A stretch of 64,000 nucleotides of DNA, from contig CALIFY010000017.1 of NCBI GenBank assembly GCA_938021675.1, forward strand, positions 36,947-100,946. Direction: 5' to 3'. The position numbers were made by a program, and so were the translations under genes. Under the pieces are notes generated by a model that was given only the letters and a program-made list of their open reading frames with translations, was not told the DNA's origin and ran no database searches. Below are positions 42,351 through 51,033 of this stretch, one piece after another. The stretch comes from an uncultured Acidimicrobiales bacterium. GTDB taxonomy: Bacteria; Actinomycetota; Acidimicrobiia; Acidimicrobiales; SZUA-35. Within the stretch, counting starts at the first letter, position 1, and each line of letters begins with the position of its first letter.

Positions 42351-43919
42351 TCAGTGATACGTGGCCTCGATGGACCACTGTTGATGCTCGATAGCGAGCA
42401 GGTGGGCCGACCCGTCGTCGAGCACTACCTGAAGCCGGGCCCGGCGACGGGCGGTCAACGGATCCCACCATCGTTGCTCCGCTGGCCACGGCCCGGCCCA
42501 CTGCACGATCGTGCCACTTGCCGCCCCCCGAAGTTGGTGTGGAGCAGCACTCAACTCTCCCCGTCCGCTAACCGCAACAACGACGCCTGAGATATCGAGT
42601 ATCTCGATCGGCTGAGGGTCCGGCTGAACCAACATCGGTGACGGCGCCGGTATACGGCCAGGCCAGGGCTCGTCGACCCACTGAGGAACCGAAGCCGGAC
42701 GTTCCTCATCGAGGTCAACCGCGGCAGCCGGCACCATTCGCAGCTGTTCTGAGGGGCTCAACCCACCGCGGTACTCTGGCACCGCCACCGCGTCAGGGCC
42801 CAGTATCGACTGGAGCCGAGCCACGACACGGGTCACATCCTCGGACCGGGACCCCCGAGCACCCCACAGGGTCAACTGTCGACCGCTGGCCGGCACCACC
42901 TCGTCAGGAATCAAGGTGACCCGAACAATCCCAGACGATGGCCTCCCACCTCCGCCCTGATTGAGCCAGCCATCGAGCTGCCACCGGGCTCGATCTGCCA
43001 GAGCGGCCGCCGATAGCGTTCCCTGATGTCGCCAAAGCCGCATCTGTTGCTCTCCGGTTTCGGTCTCGGCCTCAATGCACACCCTGGTACACGCCAGGCC
43101 TTGAGCCAGCAGGTCGGCATGGAGCTCTTCAGCTAAGGATCTTGCGGCAAAAGCGCAGCGATCGACCCGTTCGGCCGGCGGCTCGAACGCCCAGGTAACC
43201 GCTAGATCAGGAGCGGGCCGCCGCAGGTCGGGCGGGTGGTCATCCTCCCCTTGGGCCAATCGGTGGGCTTGCTGCCCATCACGACCGAACCGGCCGACCA
43301 CGTCGGCTCCTGGAATCTCGGCAAATAGACCGAGCGTGCACAGCCCAAGCCGACTCAATACGTCGGTCAGCTCCGGCATCTCCAGTACCGCTATCGGCAG
43401 ATCAGCCAAGAACGAGGAGGAACCGCCGGGTTCGATGATCTGGGTCGACTGGCCAACCGAGGCAGCAGCTCTGGCCGCCAAACGGGCGGCGAATACGCCA
43501 TCGGCGATGGCCACCCGCACATGACCGCGGCGAGCCAGCACGGGTTCAACCTGACCGTGCACCGCAGCGGCCATCGCCTGCTCCCCACCAAAAAACCGGG
43601 CTGGCCCCCTGGCCGGAAAGCCGACGAGACCAGGGCCGGTGACCTCGACTCGCGGGGTGATGGCATCGAGGGCAGCGGCCACGGGCTCGAACAACCGAGC
43701 CTCGCGATCGACATCACGAGCGATAAGGGACAGCTCAGGACAGCGCCCTTGAGCCTCCCGCCGTCGCTGACCCCTAGCGACACCGACGGCCCGAGCGGCC
43801 GGAGTGGTGGCCACAACACGATTGGCGGCCATAACGGCGACCGGCTCGTCGAGCGGTACCCCCCAAGAGACGGCGGGCCAATCCGGGCACCACACCACGG
43901 CCATTCGCAGCCCAGCCAT
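42351..43919 (-). CDS. imuB: ImuB, Y-family-polymerase-like mutasome subunit
   Basis: The N-terminus is MAGLRMAVVWCPDWPAV, and the N-terminal half resembles a Y-family polymerase fold. The gene lies immediately downstream of the imuA'-like gene, with stop and start adjacent at 43919/43920. Confidence 0.85.
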   Translation of the reverse strand: MAGLRMAVVWCPDWPAVSWGVPLDEPVAVMAANRVVATTPAARAVGVARGQRRREAQGRCPELSLIARDVDREARLFEPVAAALDAITPRVEVTGPGLVGFPARGPARFFGGEQAMAAAVHGQVEPVLARRGHVRVAIADGVFAARLAARAAASVGQSTQIIEPGGSSSFLADLPIAVLEMPELTDVLSRLGLCTLGLFAEIPGADVVGRFGRDGQQAHRLAQGEDDHPPDLRRPAPDLAVTWAFEPPAERVDRCAFAARSLAEELHADLLAQGLACTRVCIEAETETGEQQMRLWRHQGTLSAAALADRARWQLDGWLNQGGGGRPSSGIVRVTLIPDEVVPASGRQLTLWGARGSRSEDVTRVVARLQSILGPDAVAVPEYRGGLSPSEQLRMVPAAAVDLDEERPASVPQWVDEPWPGRIPAPSPMLVQPDPQPIEILDISGVVVAVSGRGELSAAPHQLRGAASGTIVQWAGPWPAEQRWWDPLTARRRARLQVVLDDGSAHLLAIEHQQWSIEATYH

Positions 43920-44678
43920 TCATATACCTGCCCGACTAGTACCTGCCCGACCGGGCACCACTGGTGGCATGTCCGGCTCGCCGCCCACCAGCTCCCGGTT
44001 CTCGCAAGACGCGGTCGAACCGGTAGCAGCCACAAGATCGTCAGCGATGGCGGGGGCCAGACGGCCATCTGGCCCCGGCAGGAGTACATCGACCTGACGA
44101 GGCTTGGCCATCGACCGCCGCCCGGTGGAGGTTATGGTCACCAGTCGGCTCTGCAGGTGGCCGTGACCGGCTCCGATCCCCGACCAATGGCGAGGATGCA
44201 CGGTAAGTACCGCGTCGAGCGCGTGGGGCCATGATCGACCACCATCGAGGTGAAGCAGCAAGGCCTGCGCCTCTCGGGCCCGGGCTGACAGCCGTGCCGC
44301 CTCCCGGTGACCGATGTAATCGGTTGGCCCAAGACAGATGATGTCGAAGGCTTCGATCACAGCAGCCACCACCGTCGCCCAAGTATCGGGAGATGGAGTT
44401 TCGATCATCACCGTACGATCGAGCCGAACCCCAAGCTCCCCGGCCGCCACCAAACCGAGCTCTTCGAGACCGACTCCAACCATCCACCCGTCATCTCCGA
44501 GCGCTGCCCCCACGAGGGCCATGGCCAACGACCACCCACCGCTCCCCATCACTCCAATCGATATCCCGCGGGCCAACCGCCCCTGGGGGAACAGGGAGGC
44601 CAACGCTTCAGGAGCCGCGAGCGACGGCCCCCCTTCTGCGGTGGCCAGGTCGGTCAGGTCGGACGCGCTCAACAACAC
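43920..44678 (-). CDS. imuA': ImuA'-like (RecA-fold, SOS cell-division-inhibitor-like) mutasome protein
   Basis: The segment LFPQGRLARGISIGVMGSGGWSLAMALVGAALGDDGWMVGVGLEELGLVAAGELGVRLDR resembles mycobacterial ImuA'. An SOS box lies 13 nt upstream, and imuB lies downstream. Confidence 0.75.
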   Translation of the reverse strand: MLLSASDLTDLATAEGGPSLAAPEALASLFPQGRLARGISIGVMGSGGWSLAMALVGAALGDDGWMVGVGLEELGLVAAGELGVRLDRTVMIETPSPDTWATVVAAVIEAFDIICLGPTDYIGHREAARLSARAREAQALLLHLDGGRSWPHALDAVLTVHPRHWSGIGAGHGHLQSRLVTITSTGRRSMAKPRQVDVLLPGPDGRLAPAIADDLVAATGSTASCENRELVGGEPDMPPVVPGRAGTSRAGI

Positions 44679-44690
44679 CCATCGATACTA

Positions 44691-44706
44691 TCGAACACTC
44701 GTTCGC
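44691..44706. promoter_or_regulatory. LexA SOS box TCGAACACTCGTTCGC upstream of imuA'-imuB
   Basis: It matches TCGAAC-N4-GTTCGA at 11 of 12 arm positions. It lies 13 nt upstream of the imuA' start (44678) and 96 nt upstream of the divergent gene at 44802. Confidence 0.8.
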
Positions 44707-44801
44707 AGGTAAAGGAGGCGCACTCAAAGGACGACCGCTGAGGAGTAGCCTGACCGGCGAAAACCGACTACTGCATCCGATACCAACGCAGAGGAGACAC
44801 T

Positions 44802-45230
44802 ATGGCAGAAGAGACCTGGAAAGAAGTTCGTAGCAAACTGGAAGGACTCGGCCTGAAGCTAAAGCTCCACCTCGACCAGGAGCGAGACGAAACCGATACG
44901 ACAACGACCCCCGGTGCCACCAAGGCCGCGGTCGAAGACCTCGGCAACCGCGTCCAGGACGCCTTCGCCAGCTTCGGCACCGCCGCCAAAGATCCGGCCA
45001 TCCACACCGACATGAAAGAGATCGGTGCTCTGGTCAAGGACGCCATGATGGAAGCATTCAGCAGCGTCGGAGCCGAGGTCACCGATCGGTTCGGTAAAAC
45101 CGACGGCGGCGATCCAGATGCTAGCGATTCAGGCACCAGCGCAAGCGAAGCCGGGGAGGAGCGAACTGACGACACCGACCCAGGAACCGAATCGGTAAAC
45201 GGGGACTCCGATCCGGACACCACTTCCTGA
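44802..45230 (+). CDS. Hypothetical acidic protein (142 aa)
   Basis: A GAGGAG Shine-Dalgarno lies upstream and third-position GC is high. The N-terminal half is helical (MAEETWKEVRSKLEGLGLKLKLHLDQ). The C-terminal tail is Asp/Ser/Thr-rich. Confidence 0.6.
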   Translation: MAEETWKEVRSKLEGLGLKLKLHLDQERDETDTTTTPGATKAAVEDLGNRVQDAFASFGTAAKDPAIHTDMKEIGALVKDAMMEAFSSVGAEVTDRFGKTDGGDPDASDSGTSASEAGEERTDDTDPGTESVNGDSDPDTTS

Positions 45231-45322
45231 CCTCCGAACCTCGACAACGATCGGATCGGCCCGAGCCGTCGGCATCGACGCGCTCGGCGTTCCGGTTCGA
45301 AGTTCGCCGGGCCCTCCCGGCG

Positions 45323-46462
45323 ATGATCGCCCTCCGGCTCATCACCAACACGGGCGCTCGAATGATGTTTACCTTTCTGCCCGAATTCTCTCGGGGAACG
45401 GGGCTGGGCGTCGATCAGCTCGGCCGTCTCATCGCCATACGCGACCTCAGTGGGCTCATCGCCCCAGCCGTCGGAAGGGCATCGGATCGCCGAGGCACCA
45501 GGCGAATCATGCTCATCGGCGGAGCGGCCGCCGGGCTGGGGGCGTTGTTACTCCCGTTGGGAACGGCGGGCCTCGCCGTTGGACTCATACTGTTTGGTCT
45601 CGGTCGAGTCGCCTACCAGGTGTCGATGAACGCCTGGGTTGGACACGAGGTTGCATACGAGCGGCGGGGCCGAGCCTCCGGTCAGATCGAGATGACCTGG
45701 GCCGGCGCGGCCCTCATCGGTCTGCCGACGATAGGGCTCCTAATCGATCGAGTCGGATGGCGAGCAGGACCATCGGCGCTCGGGATTCTCACCCTCCCAT
45801 TGCTCCTCACCCTGCGCCATCGCCTGGCCGAAACAACAACACCAACGAATGGACCGTCGCCTCGTCCGGCGTTGTCTGCGGCCGGGTGGTTCACCCTTGC
45901 CGCCTTCACCTCGCTGAATGGCGCGGTCCAATTCCTCGTGTTCGCCCACGGCATCTGGCTGGAAGAAACGTACGGGTTCGAACCAACCCAAGTCGGACTG
46001 GCCATCGTCGCCGTCGGCCTTGCCGAGCTGGCCGCATCGTTCAGCTCATCGCGGATCACCGACCGATTCGGCAAACGGAATTCGGTTGCGGCCGGCGCCG
46101 CCGTTCTCACCGTCGGACTTGCCGCTCTTGCGATAGTAGACCGCCCGCCACTGGTGGTCGGCGTCGGGCTGCTGGTCATCGCCTTCCTTGGCTTCGAGTT
46201 CGCCATCGTGTCGGCCATACCGCTTATAGCTGAACTCGACCCACTAGCCAGGGCCGAGGTGATCGGTCGCTCTGTGGGTCTCTCAATTCTGGCTCGATCC
46301 GGTGGCAGCCTCGCCGCCGCCATGATCATCGGTCAAGGTTTCCGAACCGTGATGGCCGTCGCAACAATCCTTGCCGTCATCACGACCGCACTCAGCCTGT
46401 TCTTTGTGGAAGAACCGGGCCCTCCTCGGAGGACTCGGGCCCCGTCAACACCCGGACGGTAA
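45323..46462 (+). CDS. MFS transporter
   Basis: Multiple TM helices are present. The loop motif is GRASDRRGTRRIMLIG. Confidence 0.8.
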   Translation: MIALRLITNTGARMMFTFLPEFSRGTGLGVDQLGRLIAIRDLSGLIAPAVGRASDRRGTRRIMLIGGAAAGLGALLLPLGTAGLAVGLILFGLGRVAYQVSMNAWVGHEVAYERRGRASGQIEMTWAGAALIGLPTIGLLIDRVGWRAGPSALGILTLPLLLTLRHRLAETTTPTNGPSPRPALSAAGWFTLAAFTSLNGAVQFLVFAHGIWLEETYGFEPTQVGLAIVAVGLAELAASFSSSRITDRFGKRNSVAAGAAVLTVGLAALAIVDRPPLVVGVGLLVIAFLGFEFAIVSAIPLIAELDPLARAEVIGRSVGLSILARSGGSLAAAMIIGQGFRTVMAVATILAVITTALSLFFVEEPGPPRRTRAPSTPGR

Positions 46463-46465
46463 CGC

Positions 46466-46795
46466 CTAGCCCTCGGCGCCGAACGACTCGGGGGTCGGGA
46501 CCGCAACCCCTGGCCGATAGAACGTGTGGAGATCTTCGAGGATCTCCCTCAGCCCATCGGCCGACGCACCATCGGCCAATTTGATAGTGACAGCCTGGGC
46601 GTAGACGTGGACCTCTGCCACCTTGCCGCTATCGAACAACCGCCGAGCGATGTCATCTGGCGGTCGGTCACGGTAAATCGGCTCTCCGACCAGGTAGCGC
46701 TCGTGGCCCATTCCAGTGAACGAACGATTGGTCTCGAACCGCACATACCCTTGCCGGCTCGACGGTTTCTCTACAACGGTTACTGGTTCACCCAC
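46466..46795 (-). CDS. NifU/Nfu N-terminal-domain-like small protein, tentative
   Basis: The layout resembles Nfu_N (RFETNRSFTG, IARRLFDSGKVAEVHVYAQAVTIKL). This is a by-eye assignment only. Confidence 0.5.
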   Translation of the reverse strand: MGEPVTVVEKPSSRQGYVRFETNRSFTGMGHERYLVGEPIYRDRPPDDIARRLFDSGKVAEVHVYAQAVTIKLADGASADGLREILEDLHTFYRPGVAVPTPESFGAEG

Positions 46796-47154
46796 GCCTT
46801 GAATGGTAGCCGTCCGCTACCGGCGATCACCCAGCCCGACAAACCAACCGAGATCATGGCCAGAACGAGATGAACGACGATGAACCCGATCGGGTGGTCA
46901 CCAAGGGCGATGTCGAGGCCACGAACAGCCCAGACGACAATGGTGAGAGACCCTAAAAAGGCCGCCGTCGGATCGGTCGAGGCTGCACCGAGAAGCGACA
47001 GGCCGAGCACCACCAGAGCCAGGGTGCTCAAGCCGAGAGCCGTGACGAGAGACCACCGGTTCACGTCGAGAATTCCGCCCGGTTCGGCCATCAGATTACG
47101 CACCCGACCACCCCAAACGAACAACGTCCACAGAGCCAAGGAGTTGATCGCCAT
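46780..47154 (-). CDS. Hypothetical 4-TM membrane protein
   Basis: It has hydrophobic helices (LALWTLFVWGG, LVTALGLSTLALVVLGLSLLG, LGSLTIVVWAV, FIVVHLVLAMISVGLSGWVIA). I used the ATG at 47154; the track start is a GTG at 47163. Confidence 0.5.
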   Translation of the reverse strand: MAINSLALWTLFVWGGRVRNLMAEPGGILDVNRWSLVTALGLSTLALVVLGLSLLGAASTDPTAAFLGSLTIVVWAVRGLDIALGDHPIGFIVVHLVLAMISVGLSGWVIAGSGRLPFKAWVNQ

Positions 47155-47225
47155 CCGATGCACTCCCCGATGGTACCGACCCCGTCAACTGGGCCTGGCG
47201 GTCCGTCGAGGTTAAGTTTGCCGGT

Positions 47226-48485
47226 ATGGCAGATATCACACTCGACGAGTTTCGAGCCGAGGCGAGGTCTTTCCTTGAAGCTAACGCCGGTCAGAAGGCT
47301 GAGGCTGCGGCGTTCGCCTGGGGGGAAGGACCAGACGATCCTGCGCTGTTCGAAACGATCGATCGTGATGAGGAACGGCGCGAACTGACGAGGGCTCAGG
47401 CGTGGCGGGCCAAACGGTTTGACGCCGGATTGGGATGGATTTCCGGTCCACCCCAGTTGGGCGGTCGGGGGCTTGCCCCGGCGTTCGAACGAGCCTACGG
47501 CGAACTCGAATCGCAGTTCGATGTACCGGACCAAAGCTTCTTCGGTATCGGGCTTGGCATGGTGGCGCCGACCATCGCCGACCATGCCACCCCGACGGTG
47601 GCAGCCGACCTACTACCGAAGATGTACCGGGGTGACATTGTCGGCTGTCAACTGTTCTCCGAACCGGGGGCAGGCTCCGACCTCGCCAGCCTTCAAATGA
47701 ACGCCGTTCGAGACGGCGACGAATGGTTGCTGAACGGGCAGAAGGTATGGACGTCTGGCGCTCACTATTCCGACATCGGGGAGGTGATCTGCCGCACCGA
47801 ACCCGACCTCCCCAAACACAGAGGCCTCACCGGATTCGTCGTCGATATGAACGCACCGGGAGTCGAGATACGTCCGCTGCGTCAGATGACCGGAGGGGCC
47901 AATTTCAATGAGGTGTTCTTCACCGACGTCCGCGTGTCCGATTCCTGGCGACTGGGCGACGTCAACGACGGGTGGCGGGTCGCCCTCACCACCTTGATGA
48001 ACGAGCGGGCCTCGATCGGGGGCGGCAGCAGTACCAGCGGCGGGTTTACCAGACTTCAGGAAATGGTTCGCCACTTCGAACTCACCGATGACCCACTGAT
48101 CCGCCAAGAACTGATGGACCTCTATATCCGAAGTCAGCTTCTTCACTACAACAACCAGCGATCGTTGGCGGCGTTGAAGCGAGGCGAGCTGCCGGGCCCG
48201 GAGATGTCGGGATCGAAACTGGTGTTGACCGAGAACATGCGCCGAACGTCGGCCTTCGTATCCCGGGTGCTCGGGGCAAGGTTGACCGCCGACTCCGGTG
48301 AGTGGGGCACATTTTCGTGGGCCGGCTACGTGCTGGGGATGCCGGGAATGGCCATCGCCGGCGGTTCCGATGAAGTCTTACGAAACATCATGGGTGAACG
48401 GGTTCTCGGCCTTCCCAAAGAGCCCGGCATCGATACCACGAGTCCATTCAAGACACTGGCGGTCGGGACAAAGCGCCAGGACTGA
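47226..48485 (+). CDS. Acyl-CoA dehydrogenase
   Basis: The ACAD middle and C-terminal domain motifs are present (GCQLFSEPGAGSDLASL, GQKVWTSGA, GGSDEVLRNIMGERVLGLP). Confidence 0.9.
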   Translation: MADITLDEFRAEARSFLEANAGQKAEAAAFAWGEGPDDPALFETIDRDEERRELTRAQAWRAKRFDAGLGWISGPPQLGGRGLAPAFERAYGELESQFDVPDQSFFGIGLGMVAPTIADHATPTVAADLLPKMYRGDIVGCQLFSEPGAGSDLASLQMNAVRDGDEWLLNGQKVWTSGAHYSDIGEVICRTEPDLPKHRGLTGFVVDMNAPGVEIRPLRQMTGGANFNEVFFTDVRVSDSWRLGDVNDGWRVALTTLMNERASIGGGSSTSGGFTRLQEMVRHFELTDDPLIRQELMDLYIRSQLLHYNNQRSLAALKRGELPGPEMSGSKLVLTENMRRTSAFVSRVLGARLTADSGEWGTFSWAGYVLGMPGMAIAGGSDEVLRNIMGERVLGLPKEPGIDTTSPFKTLAVGTKRQD

Positions 48486-48491
48486 CGGGCG

Positions 48492-49745
48492 TTACGACGA
48501 ATCAGTCGCCACCCGATCGGTGAGTCGGGAACCGATGGCGGCCGCCGCGGCGGCCACCCCGGACCCACCGATCGGCGCATCCATGGCGATCAGGGTCGCT
48601 TCGATGGTGGCGATCGTGCCGAGCAGCATCGTCGGATTGAGATACCCCATGTGGCCGATTCGAAAGCTCTGATCGGGCAGCGAACCGATGCCGATCCCCA
48701 AGGTCAGCCCCGACCCTTCGAGACATATCCGGCGGAGCTCATGGGCGTCGATCCGGCCGGTCTGGATGGAGGTGACCGCCCAGGATCGATGGGCCTCGGC
48801 CTCGATATTGAACCCGATGCCGTCGGGGGTCGACCACCCGTCCACCGCGGCCCATACCGCTTCGGCCAAGGCGTGATGGCGTTCCCATCGGGCGACCAGC
48901 CCACCCTCTTCGTCCATCATGGCGAACGCTTCGCGCAGCGCGAACAGATGAGATACCGGCGGTGTCCCGGCATAGTGTTGATAGACGACCTCCGGTTCGA
49001 GTCTGGGGCCCCAGTCGAAATATCCGTCTCGGAGGTTTGCGTGTTCGAAGGCCGCCAGTGCCTTCGGCCCGGCCCACACGAAGGCCAGGCCCGGAGGGAC
49101 CATCACCCCCTTCTGTGACGCGGCGACGGTTACGTCGACGCCCCACGCATCCATCTCGTATGGCTCGCAGGCCATGGAGGCGATGCAGTCCACCATCAGC
49201 AGCGTTGGATGACCCGACCGGTCGATGGCTTCCCGGAGGGAGGCGATGTCGTTGCGGACCGATGTCGAGGTGTCGGTATGGGATACCAGCACCGCTTTGA
49301 TCTCATGTTGCGCATCGGCCACCAACCGGTCGTGGAGCGCCTCGGGGTCGACCGGGTCACGCTCGGTACCGGGAAGGACCTCGACGTCGACCCCCGACAC
49401 CGCAGACTGCTCACCCCACACCACGGCGAAGAAGCCAGATTCGAGGGCGAGCACCCGATCGCCGCGGTTGAGGGTGTTGGAGATCGCCATCTGCCATCCG
49501 GCGTGGCCGTTCCCAATCGTGATGAACCCCCGACCGGCCGTCCGGGCAAGATCGGGCAACCGACGAAGGATCTCGTTGGAAACCTCGACAAGTTCGCCGG
49601 CATAGATATCGGGCATGGGGCGAGCGAAGGCGTTGAGTACCCGCTCGGGAATTATCGACGGTCCGGGAATGGCCACCATGTCACGGCCTGCGGCCAGGTT
49701 CAGCGGTAGCCGATCGGTTGCTGGCGTTTCACCGTTGACACTCAT
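48492..49745 (-). CDS. Class V aminotransferase (serine/alanine-glyoxylate aminotransferase-like)
   Basis: Segments IPGPSIIPERVL, HTDTSTSV and AASQKG (PLP Lys context) match this class, as does the length. Confidence 0.85.
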   Translation of the reverse strand: MSVNGETPATDRLPLNLAAGRDMVAIPGPSIIPERVLNAFARPMPDIYAGELVEVSNEILRRLPDLARTAGRGFITIGNGHAGWQMAISNTLNRGDRVLALESGFFAVVWGEQSAVSGVDVEVLPGTERDPVDPEALHDRLVADAQHEIKAVLVSHTDTSTSVRNDIASLREAIDRSGHPTLLMVDCIASMACEPYEMDAWGVDVTVAASQKGVMVPPGLAFVWAGPKALAAFEHANLRDGYFDWGPRLEPEVVYQHYAGTPPVSHLFALREAFAMMDEEGGLVARWERHHALAEAVWAAVDGWSTPDGIGFNIEAEAHRSWAVTSIQTGRIDAHELRRICLEGSGLTLGIGIGSLPDQSFRIGHMGYLNPTMLLGTIATIEATLIAMDAPIGGSGVAAAAAAIGSRLTDRVATDSS

Positions 49746-49822
49746 GTCGGAAGACTACCGATGCCTCGCTCACCGGCCCGAGTCCAGGGGAATCAAACGT
49801 CGGGGCGTTAGGTTCGATCGAC

Positions 49823-50251
49823 ATGGCTTCAATCACTGCTGAACTGATCGACGGGTATCGGGTCGATATCACCAACGGCGTCCACACCTGGCGGGCCGAC
49901 GAGCCTGTCGATCTGGGAGGTGACAACACCGGACCGAACCCCTACGACCTGCTGCTCGGTTCCCTGGCCGCATGCACTTCGATAACGCTGTCGATGTACA
50001 CCAAACGCAAGGGCATCAAGATGACCTCGCTCTCCGTCGAGTACTCCTACGACAAGGTCCATGCCGATGACTGCGAAAAATGTGATGACACCCATTCGGG
50101 GATGATCGATCACGTGACATCTCGCATTTTTATCGACGGCGACTTCGACGAGTCGACCCGGAAACGGTTGATCGATATCGCCCAGAGGTGCCCGGTTCAC
50201 AAGACCCTAGAAAAAGGGATCGTCTTCGACGAGACGGTGTACGCCGGTTGA
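49823..50251 (+). CDS. OsmC/Ohr-family protein
   Basis: Motifs GPNPYDLLLGSLAACTSITL and AQRCPVHKTL are present. Confidence 0.85.
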   Translation: MASITAELIDGYRVDITNGVHTWRADEPVDLGGDNTGPNPYDLLLGSLAACTSITLSMYTKRKGIKMTSLSVEYSYDKVHADDCEKCDDTHSGMIDHVTSRIFIDGDFDESTRKRLIDIAQRCPVHKTLEKGIVFDETVYAG

Positions 50252-50270
50252 CGGGCCGGGGACGACGGGC

Positions 50271-50981
50271 CTAACCGTTCTGGTCGAACAGCTGCATCTG
50301 CCCGCCGGGCGGTAAACGATTCGCCCCCATCCATGCCAAAGAGTCCATGAACACCCATGACCTCCGGTGAATCGACGTCGGCCCGTAGCCATGGAGTGCC
50401 GTCCGGTGTTTGGGGCACGGGTACCCCTTGTTGTGCTCAAAGTTGTAGCCGGGGTATGTGTCGGCCGCGGTCCGCATCAATCGATCACGGGTGACCTTGG
50501 CCAGGATCGAAGCGGCGGCGATCGACAGGCATTTTGCATCACCTCGCACCAGCTTGCGGGTTACCGCGTGCCCGACGAAATCCCACTTGCCGTCGAGGAT
50601 GACGGCATCGACTTTGATATCAAGGCCGGTGATCGCCCGACGAGCGGCCAGACGTTGGGCCTCTGACATGCCGAACCGGTCGCACTCAGCGTGTGATGCG
50701 TGACCGACCGACCACGCGGTGCACCAACTGGCGATCCGGTCGAACAGAGCCTCCCGTTCTTGTTCGGTCAACGCTTTGGAGTCGCGGAGTTTGTAGAGTC
50801 GACGGTCCTTTGGAACCACGACCGCACCGACGGTCAACGGTCCGGCCCATGAGCCGCGGCCGACCTCGTCAAAGCCGACGACCACTTCGTGGCCGCTCGC
50901 CCAAAGCTCCCGTTCGACCGAGAGGCCGGGCGGCGTTACCTTCAGCGCCTTTCGAAGTTTCGGCACGGCGGCCGTGGTCAT
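50271..50981 (-). CDS. rnhB: Ribonuclease HII
   Basis: Motifs GFDEVGRGSWAGPLTVGAVV, LRDSKALT and GDAKCLSIAAASILAKVTRD are present. Confidence 0.9.
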   Translation of the reverse strand: MTTAAVPKLRKALKVTPPGLSVERELWASGHEVVVGFDEVGRGSWAGPLTVGAVVVPKDRRLYKLRDSKALTEQEREALFDRIASWCTAWSVGHASHAECDRFGMSEAQRLAARRAITGLDIKVDAVILDGKWDFVGHAVTRKLVRGDAKCLSIAAASILAKVTRDRLMRTAADTYPGYNFEHNKGYPCPKHRTALHGYGPTSIHRRSWVFMDSLAWMGANRLPPGGQMQLFDQNG

Positions 50982-51033
50982 CGTCCGAACCTACCAAGCC
51001 AATTCGGCATCGGAACCCAAGGCGGCGAGTAGA

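Noticed and set aside
45974-45984. A tRNA T-loop-like GGGTTCGAACC.
   Set aside because: It lies inside the MFS transporter CDS, and the flanking sequence cannot form acceptor or anticodon stems. I found no convincing tRNA, rRNA or CRISPR array anywhere in the window by eye.
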